DNA from: a virus
Lineage: Duplodnaviria > Caudoviricetes
IMG/VR virus record: IMGVR_UViG_3300032038_000072
Span: 2,384-66,383 of that record
DNA: 64,000 nucleotides
Reading direction: 5' to 3' (one strand)
Shown: positions 56,401 through 62,035 of the stretch, one piece after another
Layout of the letters: every line of letters starts with the position of its first letter
How positions within the stretch are numbered: position 1 is the first letter of the stretch
Translations under genes and position numbers: made by a program
The notes under the pieces: model-generated
Databases searched by the model: none
Told to the model about the DNA's origin: nothing
What the model saw: only the letters and a program-made list of their open reading frames with translations

Positions 56401-59343
56401 GGTTTGACCTTTTTGTTGCTCAACTTTTTCAGATTCGGAGTTTCCATTTTGATTCCGATTTTCGCCGGTTTCGGGCTGCGATAACTTCTCGGACTTCTGA
56501 CTCGTACCATTCTTCTTACCTTCTTTCTTGGCTTTCGGTTCCGGGTAAACTACCTTGCTTGCCTCTGCATATGCCTCTGCTGGAGTCTTACCCTCGGCTA
56601 TCAACTCATTTACACGGTTTTCAAACCTCTTGCCGCTTAACTTAACCGGCTTAACGACGTCTCCCTTAACCTCATTAAACGCCTCGTCCGCAGTTTTCCC
56701 TTCTGCAATAAGTTGTAAACCGCGATCTCTTGCTTTTCTAACCTGTTCGATCAGCGGCGCTTTTTCGCTTGTGTTAAGTGTAGAAGTCTTCGCATTAAAA
56801 TCGTCTTTCAACAAGCTTTCAAGCCTCTGCTGTGGGGACTGCGAGGACTCTGCAGCAATCTCTTCATCCGCTTTTGCATAAGCTCGTTGCTTAAGCTCTT
56901 CCGGCAAATTGCTTTCTTCCATAGCCTTGACCGCAGTTTTAACTCCCATCCGCGCGCGTTTTGCAACATTAACAACTTCGCGTGGAACTATGTTTTGCTG
57001 TTCCGCTGACTGCTGTTCCAAGTTACTTTTAGCCGCCGTCTTTTGCTCGTTGGTCGGCTGATACCCGGTCAAAGGTGTCGCTTCGTCGTTATTCTCTTGT
57101 GCAACAGGTTGTTGCACCTGCTGTTGCTGTCCAGTTGCAGGAGCGGCCGCGGGAGTTGCAGGAGTAGTGGTTGTTGCATTTTTTGCAACATCTTGATTCT
57201 GTTGTGCCTGCTGTTGTTGTACAACAGGTTTCTCCACTTCAGTTGTATTAGCAGTTGTATTAGCGGTTGTGGCAACATTGGGAGCAGGTTGGGTAACGGT
57301 TGGGTTAGCATTGTTAACAACAGTGGTCTGCTGTCTGTTCCCGAGCATTTGGCTGTACATGCCACGCGCTACCTGTATCCTCTCTGCTGCAGTGTCGCTC
57401 CAATTCTGTTTCTGCGAGTAGTAATTATCGAAACTGTTCTTTAAATTCTGCCGCTGTTCCGGGCTTAACGCATCAAGTTCCTGCCTCGTAAACGCGTTGT
57501 AATATTCGTTGATCGGTCCAACTTCGGAAGCATTGTCCTGCTGATACTTCTGTGCTTCGGAAACAGCCTGTTCCTGCTGTTCCTGCTCGTGGGTCTTTGC
57601 ACCGAACACTTCTCGAATAGCGTCCTGCCGGCGCTGTCTTTCCTGCTCAACAAGGTTTTTATAGTATTCTTGCTGCCTCTGCTCCTCGTTAACGCCCTGC
57701 AGATTTCCAGAAACACCATAGTCGCCAGAAGACAATTCCGAAGTGCTAATGTAATACTGTACGGCGCCAAACATCTGCTGAGGAGACTGCGCACTTTCGT
57801 ATACACCGTTATGGCTGGACCCGTTCTGGATCGTGCCACCATTTTCAGAAACCATAACAATGTGGTTTCCGTTGTTAACAACCGCAAGGTCGCCAGGTTT
57901 CGGAACATAATTGTTCGGGTCTTTCAGCTGACCTTTTTCTTTTGCGATAGCAACAAAGTTGTCTACGTTAATTTGGTCCTGGTAATCAGTTCCAGCCAAA
58001 GCAAGACCAATAGTCCGGGCGCAGTTTGTTCCGTCAGATGCGTTGTAACCAATGCGCCCTTCCAAGTTTCTCATGCGATCCACAAGGTTGGTAGAAGTGT
58101 CGTGCTTTGCGATAGCTACGGCATCTGCGAACTCGTTGTTGGTGACAGCGTTCTGGATGTTGACAGCAGGATTTTCGCCCTCTTGCTGTTGCGAACCCAC
58201 AACCTTGTTCCTAACATAGCCTGCGCCACCATAAAGGGCACCCATACCAAGACCAGCTGCAGCACCGGTGGTTGCGGCGTCAATCTGTTCTGTATTCCAT
58301 TGGAACGGGTTAACGATTTGACCGATGTTGTCAATCTGCCCCTGTGCATATTGACTTGCCCCAGTCTGTGCGCCTTCTTCCCAAGCGTTCTGTGCCACAT
58401 TGGTAGCCATAAATTCACCAATGTCACGGACTTTGCCAAGGATACCCTGACGCATCTTGTCACCAAACAACCGACCGATACCAACGGATTCAAGCAGGTT
58501 GCTTGCACCAAGTATGCCAAGGTTGGCAACAAAGTTCTTCGCCATAGCTTCCTGAACTTTGTCCATATCAACGTCATTCATATCGATTCGGTTGCCGTTC
58601 TTGTCCGTGGTCATCTCACGATAAACACCGCCAGATTCAGAGCCTGCCTCTAACGGTGAGGACGCAATTACGTTTTTGATTAACTTGCCTGCCGTTGAGC
58701 CACCTTTTAATGCGGCCGCAACAGATTTCAGACCGATTTTTGATGCAAACGCGGCCATAGCGCCGGTTCCGGCAGCAGCTATACTTGACGGTATCGCAGC
58801 GGATAATAATGCGGCTTCAGCCATCATCACACCGCTGGACCCAAGGCCGCCACCAACATCGTATGTAAAACCATTAGGATCAAGCAGGTAGTCCTTTATA
58901 CTGGAAAGTCCGTTTTTTGTGATTTCATCGAAAGTGTACTCCTTGGGTCTGCCATAATTCTGCACAGCCTTTTGGATTGAATCACCGATGTCACGAGCCG
59001 TTTCACTTCCAGTAGCACCCGCAACAAGGTCAACCTGCCCACCAAGTGTACCAGCACCCTGCTGAACCGCGCCACGAAGGAACGAGTTCAGATAGCTCGG
59101 TTCTTCCGCTCCCTGCTGTTGCGGTTGTCCGCTTACACGATTAACAATAGACCCAAACAGACCAGGTTCTTCTTGCGGCATCTGTGCAGGAGCACCGTAA
59201 TTTTCCCGTATCATCTTCTGATACGGAGTCTCTTCCTGTTCCGGGGCATTAAAATTAACCCCCAACTGTTGCTGTTGGGGGCCTGCTTCATATTCATCTA
59301 AATATTTACTTAATTCATCATATGTTGCCATAGTGTTCTTCAC
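44488..59343 (-). CDS. 4951-aa large polyvalent (DarB-like) internal virion/ejection protein
   Basis: NlpC/CHAP-like (NCART...NHIV), zeta-type P-loop kinase (GYPAAGKS), HExxH peptidase (HEAFH), LPD3/BECR-like, HhH-like (K...TIDTH), duplicated domain, JAB/RadC (HNHP..PS..D) and C-terminal LPD38-like region. Confidence 0.9.
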   Translation of the reverse strand: MKNTMATYDELSKYLDEYEAGPQQQQLGVNFNAPEQEETPYQKMIRENYGAPAQMPQEEPGLFGSIVNRVSGQPQQQGAEEPSYLNSFLRGAVQQGAGTLGGQVDLVAGATGSETARDIGDSIQKAVQNYGRPKEYTFDEITKNGLSSIKDYLLDPNGFTYDVGGGLGSSGVMMAEAALLSAAIPSSIAAAGTGAMAAFASKIGLKSVAAALKGGSTAGKLIKNVIASSPLEAGSESGGVYREMTTDKNGNRIDMNDVDMDKVQEAMAKNFVANLGILGASNLLESVGIGRLFGDKMRQGILGKVRDIGEFMATNVAQNAWEEGAQTGASQYAQGQIDNIGQIVNPFQWNTEQIDAATTGAAAGLGMGALYGGAGYVRNKVVGSQQQEGENPAVNIQNAVTNNEFADAVAIAKHDTSTNLVDRMRNLEGRIGYNASDGTNCARTIGLALAGTDYQDQINVDNFVAIAKEKGQLKDPNNYVPKPGDLAVVNNGNHIVMVSENGGTIQNGSSHNGVYESAQSPQQMFGAVQYYISTSELSSGDYGVSGNLQGVNEEQRQQEYYKNLVEQERQRRQDAIREVFGAKTHEQEQQEQAVSEAQKYQQDNASEVGPINEYYNAFTRQELDALSPEQRQNLKNSFDNYYSQKQNWSDTAAERIQVARGMYSQMLGNRQQTTVVNNANPTVTQPAPNVATTANTTANTTEVEKPVVQQQQAQQNQDVAKNATTTTPATPAAAPATGQQQQVQQPVAQENNDEATPLTGYQPTNEQKTAAKSNLEQQSAEQQNIVPREVVNVAKRARMGVKTAVKAMEESNLPEELKQRAYAKADEEIAAESSQSPQQRLESLLKDDFNAKTSTLNTSEKAPLIEQVRKARDRGLQLIAEGKTADEAFNEVKGDVVKPVKLSGKRFENRVNELIAEGKTPAEAYAEASKVVYPEPKAKKEGKKNGTSQKSEKLSQPETGENRNQNGNSESEKVEQQKGQTGESGQNQNQAEVTKKTPAKRHLDGFKNEVDTAVKSMTFTQEKADELMQKYNNSLDILLQRGEITQAEADANRYAMEDSVKRGLILNDGRKLLSPKVRKWLDENPFVYDKSKSREENAAVAQALKEKFIKDTGISRTIDEKLTPERKKLQARIVEYLYNIGIQNRKRERKATLAIGYPAAGKSTVTKDLTDNKGYLLIDADEAKKLLPEFHGGALADIVHDESSALSKSMFMYAIEQGDNICYPTIGGNYDSIQKKISQLHNDKGVKDSNKNVIQPYEVTLSLVDVSADEALRRISKRFEETGRFDNPKNISKLVLQKPNGYVTIQLPNGARKDRLGPTETIPVDNEILKNYLRIKDERGVERYEWIDNSFPVDADYSEILRESGELSNGYDGRLESGSGESNRGSNRGSKGRKRSVTEKQQQANRADTEDQSGSSIFKATEVKKNADNQGTVSEASGAKQSGNLSENGRGRETEPVSGHENGTGETVLRANDEDVRNKESDRGENAASGLPEQSADVGRTADGKDAVRRGLSASEQTYNGELEKTNKAVEEGTVSVAEAKKQAEAAADKFDKELDKAEAKAEAPTTGQGDPIIVSESLRKTYEGLKGIVVKVGNKSYRLTIVKSNANNDGIMRWESTDGKAVEGADNPLRCLLYEAIKMNDNGEFLSIDEIIKSLENKKEQVGLTPNFQDALDLARKLKKGNVGISTTNTVQKKSQNATVEDEATTAQKAYERKVEDINADREFQIITDEEAARRLKEAKEKLDEQLSKIFKNRKDSNETSKQTGESYEEMRERWVARDKKKKENLRITIGDKTYTPILSDGDKLDYTSIEGWTDPDTGEKVKGTMGTLLQWMYHELRTLALHDAKLTPGNVLMENGVDAVVKRTERVNQGLVAEGRRPLKLRSINELIDQLKANGQEATIHFAEDIDNTTPENTTKYSASVEEASNTENGQELKRSLDELITEAKKAFKGAKGFRINRNDLIFTMPNGLEMKVNIKDQILLNAEEEAKARKEHGLTDTDTPITVEGYARRLDKGSLVALSKESGRGTTFHEAFHTIWDWVLTDKEKEAMLKHFTPIAEAKGIDVEEAMADGYRDWLLARLQHKGTLFGKLFQKIKDFANAALRVLTGAENVHNIYQQIEEGKVWNRDAKGRFATEENAVNNDKKFLVTNKKITGNTRIPVIDVTNVARANTTDPAVRAAIADSLIGKTFRILGSDGIGFTQKYDEEVLPNGRIKRSKPNDHLVRGAGANEFDKGLVREERQKALAIVDEILNNAMYIEKHPDAVHGTDTRYVDLYTAVQNGDKIYPIHIQAKEKDGSAGEFVVGKAMYYQLTRKGSLPATAKQLLASANDNDPSITVAQLLQNVKDKSGRPYVTNGKLNFEPAALSDNAKYAIKYANPKDKTDYKNNPLAAEVSTRQTKAKGSTEDSETQRLIADLEAVKKDPALFKKLVDALKSLPGLSTSERNTEKAANIIINRIKDNIVYLYDKVPENIRERARKWYDGGNRVAKEWKKHYGISEHASAGIIAVLSPQKDWFTNMTLAERILDCVFGHANEAWTEEMSKQADGYSEMVEQPVKESKKDKAAREKRGEPVKTELVKVTHKSIVEGDENREALERAKNKTLKQLLNAGDYEAAAIWIKCFDKAHNDRGYRVLTPEGGTGDYVKTSKGENAGAAWGDFGSIAKAVSIAANPTWENISYQLGEQHKVRNFSNNIRFPESKLNATIDTHAVGVGLMQPTSGGSSSVEDNFGAAGGSDIIGISGTYPLYFEAYRRAAAEISEREGRPLSAREMQSITWEAIRNLFPADMKTTEKEQSRIAGMIDEAKARLKRNKNKAAALDKVKAEQKAGVGLVDAALEKVESGKDISGILSDLKEQATAKKLPRLVSLIEDAEKTVENHNKDKKKSKKPLDKKKLVNGIKNKWNGQENFIQDVIEAEERIKAGADEEVAYRDITYKGNDQVRISNLFKEADKQIKNLKDPAKAKEILDKVREMVYNIATKGTGQLNEFSWESTPDDVPLTGTYDRSNVKITPFDNGAGGKDKFVVGFSIDPSKYLRKENAEILRSMIESDKEEDRTKAKSALTNALEFATDWILAEFDIRDNVKPDLSFQSKDGKLTVGYTVEISNPQQTVAVAKMFGRLFEPESVIATGTKEVLGTTGKTMSIEIPSGWGSKEISELSNKLGKITDHNGNPVVATHSTSDGQMTIINTSKWSDDTVLEDVKKAVPELNVNGTDEFATILDKNSYEDKSKEGGQHKREDYIGRAIAQRLAVELNPAEGQGLSGNGEPVAKGDRSGDQKGNRSKNESVRRKNKETKQPAKAGVGKTKYSVRAQVNFEVAPDPDNTVFKKAWDKQSRERKQEINDKLGPKYARKVLALHKIDEGALKNQIGGFEGDTNPSFYLDVDKNDAIAVSKRLGYVMWQNSMMVVSSTPIEGGEKHGKILITLPKGWGEKEVAELYDKLYTIKDDDGNLVVGGHSTRNGKMEIVNLSDMDDQELMNEIKKLVPDFKTDMSEAYVAFPYKDNYGFAETKEGAKDGRIYDESTNLLRQQFAKELADELGIAEEAGLSGTETRVEQRDRSGSERAAASEAEGLPSEGQEGNESSGRLEAKEAAKLYDEAAEKYPQIKDKAVSKNVKYAIRQSLDFGKVEGDILDSASGNHTKESRQEPSATANTVLHPLGEQVGGMPLYTEKGFSLTRKLINEGYADLTGQTVNSISDLAEIAQVLRHPGYEKLHYVYVKDGKVIYHETVTAAFPATVKAQYKGESERKYEKRMRETMRRIGADTFYMLHNHPDGVITPSEADFDLTDSLKSYAEPSGVRFGGHIILDTTECNVLTGGKNESRLSIPEHAQIHYDEKADVPNILLGTKLGPTQALVDISKKLADQSKTTVFFTDASDKVRSIIQLPEEFMQMDEGQKMRYLRWAAKHEYGTWAYIVTSDKEAYKSLLPLYRQGSGVYDILLTSNPETAKGQGQYRYSGSFGFYDFFGQESALASAHKVLGEGVNKEQVQGTQGDEGASSMPDAKYSIISAAGKVIDKADAYVNRNVRTPNENTATGRASKAFSNTQNKNKAQTWTEWLKDRFDKFYREWIDKNDAIHNIDDTIEKITGKKLAEEDKIYNMVQGARAYAQGAADTLVQGSKEAFESLKDALGRGIDPKDTAAMDRLKELKKDFKFATVKEALEPIMKKDMDRKYPDYLEKHGINNWHDAFSNYLGARRILELVRLVEDKSLQYITHDKKEFTDFIDRHPEYEKFRPQPFAKGSWRDQVQKIAKSDPALAEKMAKDLAKEYKFPKDVTRADLEALVREAPKEFDTSAQIYYQLQRNLLTMMELGHLIPADVHDKVNQMYKEYCPLMIDYSDTAGLDTAIAQFGRGADSIANVDSMLKHVLQLGSDRGLISPLESTYKSIQALTNRAERNKVAVHFVKTVANSPELQKEGILKQVPGSTADSKNCIFTVLINGKKVAFQTTQDLYGPVVGYDMPAAGIVEGLCRSAAQTLRYGATTSPSFIIRNFIRDTIFAGVSSRNGFVPVLDSFRGMWAYLHDKELRGEFDAMGITAYNYFGSGESAVKSMEELMGEKDWQYLKAHPTELIKELIKYIPKKFAAASEVVEASTRMGEYMRARAKGKSMQEAALDARDVTLDFSRSGFYGQRVNMMVPFFNACIQGGDKMFNRMIFSKDPKVRMQTARMLGLYILLPSVALWFMHKDEPWYEELDPHIKMNNWIIGKFRIPKPQEAGIAFGSGIEAMLDKLYDKDPKAGKEWVNAMREVLVPNLIPTVGLPILEWITNYSLFRDKAIEGNRLKRLPAEMRYNNNTTELSKALGKISGLSPVKLDNTIRGYTGTLGMMVAQIPDMYFEDERNLPSKPVTERVMVRDFFLNDMNMNRTSEEFYEMVNTAQQQHAGYGKKGHPTPAVKAVNKALRDVSKQQKEIQEITNAKNISPDRKRQMIDKKREIIKMIEKKTLQRYGSKFGV
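48585..48800 (-). CDS. Nested +1-frame gene A (71 aa) inside giant gene
   Basis: AAGGAAGGTG SD 6 nt before ATG48800; 29/64 identical to nested gene B. Confidence 0.75.
   Translation of the reverse strand: MEESTTKAQIFFGSSLPKNWRMNLELQKRPDYQELRHAWNNETDPEAKEQLHLKLRDYRAKVRKEMNLPED
49437..49670 (-). CDS. Nested +1-frame gene B (67-77 aa) inside giant gene
   Basis: Paralogue of A; start is ATG49670, or ATA49640, which has the same SD geometry as A. Confidence 0.7.
   Translation of the reverse strand: MKISRKRVDNISAKIILGAQLPKDWRLNLILQKDKVYQGMVNRWRKETDPAIKKEIAAKMNQYEEKIRKQNNLPKPE
54774..55067 (-). CDS. Nested +1-frame TnpV-like protein (97 aa)
   Basis: GAGGT SD; L.E..P..Y..M...G.L..YL....EQA pattern. 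Confidence 0.65.
   Translation of the reverse strand: MQITREQYRKHLEQNSPEIYQKMVEDGRLNPYLDMRTEQAKRYYEQMMRTYAIKNPIEEKMQQADYLNNQQMWAEQQTGKMLFGEDYQLPNKPTTEN
55090..55131 (-). terminator. Terminator-like hairpin inside giant ORF
   Basis: 12-bp stem with one mismatch (55101-55112/55120-55131) followed by CTTCTATTTTT. Confidence 0.5.
55152..55313 (-). CDS. Nested +1-frame 53-aa acidic protein after kinase domain
   Basis: MSGSITASPWMRIIQKYYENPG...EKATEEVIEEVKAEREA; ACGAAAGGGG SD. Confidence 0.5.
   Translation of the reverse strand: MSGSITASPWMRIIQKYYENPGNYPTDTTDDSNPALEKATEEVIEEVKAEREA
56364..56510 (-). CDS. Nested +1-frame 48-aa very basic protein
   Basis: GAAGGT SD; MVRVRSPRSYRSPKPAKIGIKMETPNLKKLSNKKVKPVKVGKTRTKLK. 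Confidence 0.4.
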   Translation of the reverse strand: MVRVRSPRSYRSPKPAKIGIKMETPNLKKLSNKKVKPVKVGKTRTKLK

Positions 59344-59368
59344 TCCTCGCGTTCAAAAGTATTGCTTC

Positions 59369-60754
59369 TCATCCGCTAAAGTCATAGTCTCTCTTAAATA
59401 CTATGTTTAGAAATTCATTTGGATTGTTGTTGTCAGGGTCAAGTCCGGCTCGTTGACGAACAAGCCGCGCAATGTCTTTGCTGAACTTACCGCCGTTCCT
59501 TTCCACAAGTCGCTGAAGCGCCGGTTTCAAGGAATTGTAATCGTTAAAGTTAATCTTTGTCGGCTGTTGTTTCTGCTGGCCTACGCCGTTCCTTGCGAAG
59601 AACTCATTGTCGCCACGCTGTTTAACAGCATAAAGCATGTTATACTGTCGCTGTTTTTCCGGGGACAGCTGGAAGTTAGGATTGGTTAGCCTGCCCTCTG
59701 CGACCTCGTCGTCCAAAGCTTTAAGGCCTTCCGTAGCCCGCTTGTAGTCGTCCTTTGAAACGCCAGTGTTTGCTGCAGCAGCGGAACCGTTTCTGCCACC
59801 ACCTAAAACAGCAAGCCATGCGGATTTTTCATCCAGACCCGCGTACCGCATCAGCTGGTTGACTCTGTTTGCCGCTTGCTGTTGCGTATATGCACTTTGC
59901 GTCTTCAACCACTCAAGCCTGTTACGAAGCTGCATGTCTGCATTGAATTGCATATCCTCTCGTTTCTGCTGTCTTGCTGTCTGCAGGTCTTCCAACTTTT
60001 GACCGCGCAAGTACTGTTCTCTCGGGCTGATTCCCTCTTTCATCATGAACTCGCCCATCTTGGGATCGAGTCTGTACAGTTGGAACGCAGCCTGTCTGTA
60101 TTCCGGGCTGTCAATCTTCATGTTCTGCATCTCTGCAATCAGGTTGTCAGCCATGTTGCGGTTCTCCGCCGCTTCCTGCACTTTGTACGCTTGGATTCGC
60201 GGAGCCATAAGCTGTTGTGCGTCCTCGTAGCTGTACCCACGATTGTTAACGAGGTAGTTAATAACACCAGCCTCGTACTCTGCAGCCGTAGGTTTTCTTC
60301 TCGCTACCGCGTTGCCTTGTGCCGCCATCTGTGTTGCGGCTCCTGGAACAGTGTTATACATCTGCTCCTGCTGGTTATGAATCTGCCGCGCCATAGCATT
60401 CGCATCAGCAATGTTATTAAACAGGCCAAGGTGCTGGCCGGTCCGGTGATATTCGTCAATCGCCTGCTGCGGAGACATAATCGTTCCGTTCTGCGAAACT
60501 GTCGGGATCAGAACCTCTTTTCCGTCCTCATTAAAGCTCATAGAACGCACGGTGCTGATCGATCCATCCGGATTTTGTACAACAGGCCTATTTGCTAAAT
60601 CAATATTTCCTGTATAGTTTTGCAGCGTCTGATTTAACAAGCCCTGCTGTACGGCCTGTGTCTGTCTGTCGTTATCCTGTGCCTGGTTGAATACGCTTTG
60701 CGGATTGTTCCACGCATCTTCAACCGATCCTGGATTAATGATATTGTAAGGCAT
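59369..60754 (-). CDS. Ejection/internal virion protein
   Basis: Q/A-rich helical protein before giant gene; compact NIDLANRP...STVRS...HLG module. Confidence 0.7.
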   Translation of the reverse strand: MPYNIINPGSVEDAWNNPQSVFNQAQDNDRQTQAVQQGLLNQTLQNYTGNIDLANRPVVQNPDGSISTVRSMSFNEDGKEVLIPTVSQNGTIMSPQQAIDEYHRTGQHLGLFNNIADANAMARQIHNQQEQMYNTVPGAATQMAAQGNAVARRKPTAAEYEAGVINYLVNNRGYSYEDAQQLMAPRIQAYKVQEAAENRNMADNLIAEMQNMKIDSPEYRQAAFQLYRLDPKMGEFMMKEGISPREQYLRGQKLEDLQTARQQKREDMQFNADMQLRNRLEWLKTQSAYTQQQAANRVNQLMRYAGLDEKSAWLAVLGGGRNGSAAAANTGVSKDDYKRATEGLKALDDEVAEGRLTNPNFQLSPEKQRQYNMLYAVKQRGDNEFFARNGVGQQKQQPTKINFNDYNSLKPALQRLVERNGGKFSKDIARLVRQRAGLDPDNNNPNEFLNIVFKRDYDFSG

Positions 60755-60768
60755 TTATATCACCGCCT

Positions 60769-62022
60769 TTAAAACGATCCGTTGCTTCCAAAATTCTTTT
60801 GTCTAACATATTCTGCTATCTGGTTAAATAACCCGCCATTGTTAAAATCGCTTTCTGCATTAACACCATATCCGTAACCAGCATAAGGGTCGTTAACAAC
60901 AGGAACATTCGGGGCCGGGTCTACATATTCCGGAACAGGTCCCCATGCCTGTCCGCCACCACCTTGTCCGGTGTTTCCATGAATTCTAAGGTCGGATGCG
61001 TTAGGAACTGCATCCGCTACTATCGGCGCCGTTGCTGCGGGTGTTTCGTTTGCAGCGTTATTCATAACCGCGGCTATTCCGCTTGATGCAGGACTTGCGT
61101 TTGTGGGGGCATACCCGCCACTCGAAGCAGCCGCAACCTGTTCCGGAGCCTGTGCAGCCGGAGCACCGCCTCTCATCATCACGACCATCCGTGCCAGCTC
61201 ATCCGGGGAAGCCATCTTTGCCAACTCTTCTGCACTGAAGTTCTGACCCTGAATCTGGCGTAACTGGTCATCCGTATACGGAGCGGGTCCGTTTGCAGGT
61301 TTCTGCGGGAAGTTTGCTGCAGACGGAGCAGAACCGCCTGCCGGTGTGTTTTGCGATGAATCCATATAAATGCCTCTTGAGGTATCAATATAAGTGCCAG
61401 GTCTTGCGGCAGGATAAATACCCCTTGCGGTATCTATGATGACCCCGGGGTGAAGACCAGCCATACGGCCAAATTCTCCGTTTGCATCCGCGCCAATTAC
61501 ATTGCCCAAATCTCTGGTGCCGTTGGTAAACATGGTGGTGTTTCCCGGATTATAACCGCTTCCGTTCGCCATCTTGTTCCAAGCGTCTGCTACGGAACTT
61601 ACACCACCACCGTTATCTACGTTGCCTACAGTAACACCAGAGGTGTTGTTCTGCTGCGGAGTGCGAGGAGCATTGTTGTTACGACCCTCGTACAGCACCT
61701 TTCCGTTGCTACCGTTTCTGTACTCATCAAACGCTTTGTTCATAGAGGAGTAGTAGTCGTTACCCCTATTGCCCGCGGAACTCGGTACACCGGTTACGCC
61801 GTTCTTTTCATCCGCACCGATGCCGTTCATCACATTGTCGTTTGCTTCCTGCGAGGTCTTCGCCCGCTTCTTTTCAAAGTAGTTCTCTCCGATTGCGTTT
61901 CCAATCAGATAACCAAGACCCATCGTCGGGTTAGCGTTCATCATGCGAATAATCGCATTGTTAACTTTGTACCTGGTATCGTCGTATTTCGGATTCAGGT
62001 TTCTGTAAGTTGTATCAGCCAT
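60769..62022 (-). CDS. Ejection/internal virion protein
   Basis: N/G/A/P-rich low complexity; position equivalent to P22 gp20. Confidence 0.65.
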   Translation of the reverse strand: MADTTYRNLNPKYDDTRYKVNNAIIRMMNANPTMGLGYLIGNAIGENYFEKKRAKTSQEANDNVMNGIGADEKNGVTGVPSSAGNRGNDYYSSMNKAFDEYRNGSNGKVLYEGRNNNAPRTPQQNNTSGVTVGNVDNGGGVSSVADAWNKMANGSGYNPGNTTMFTNGTRDLGNVIGADANGEFGRMAGLHPGVIIDTARGIYPAARPGTYIDTSRGIYMDSSQNTPAGGSAPSAANFPQKPANGPAPYTDDQLRQIQGQNFSAEELAKMASPDELARMVVMMRGGAPAAQAPEQVAAASSGGYAPTNASPASSGIAAVMNNAANETPAATAPIVADAVPNASDLRIHGNTGQGGGGQAWGPVPEYVDPAPNVPVVNDPYAGYGYGVNAESDFNNGGLFNQIAEYVRQKNFGSNGSF

Positions 62023-62035
62023 GATTAATCACTCC

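Noticed and set aside
57069-58577. Alternative-frame minus-strand ORFs 57069-57365, 57465-57908 and 58116-58577 as further nested genes
   Set aside because: No convincing SD, Leu/Arg-rich shadow composition, and they partly overlap structured main-frame domains, unlike the accepted nested genes.
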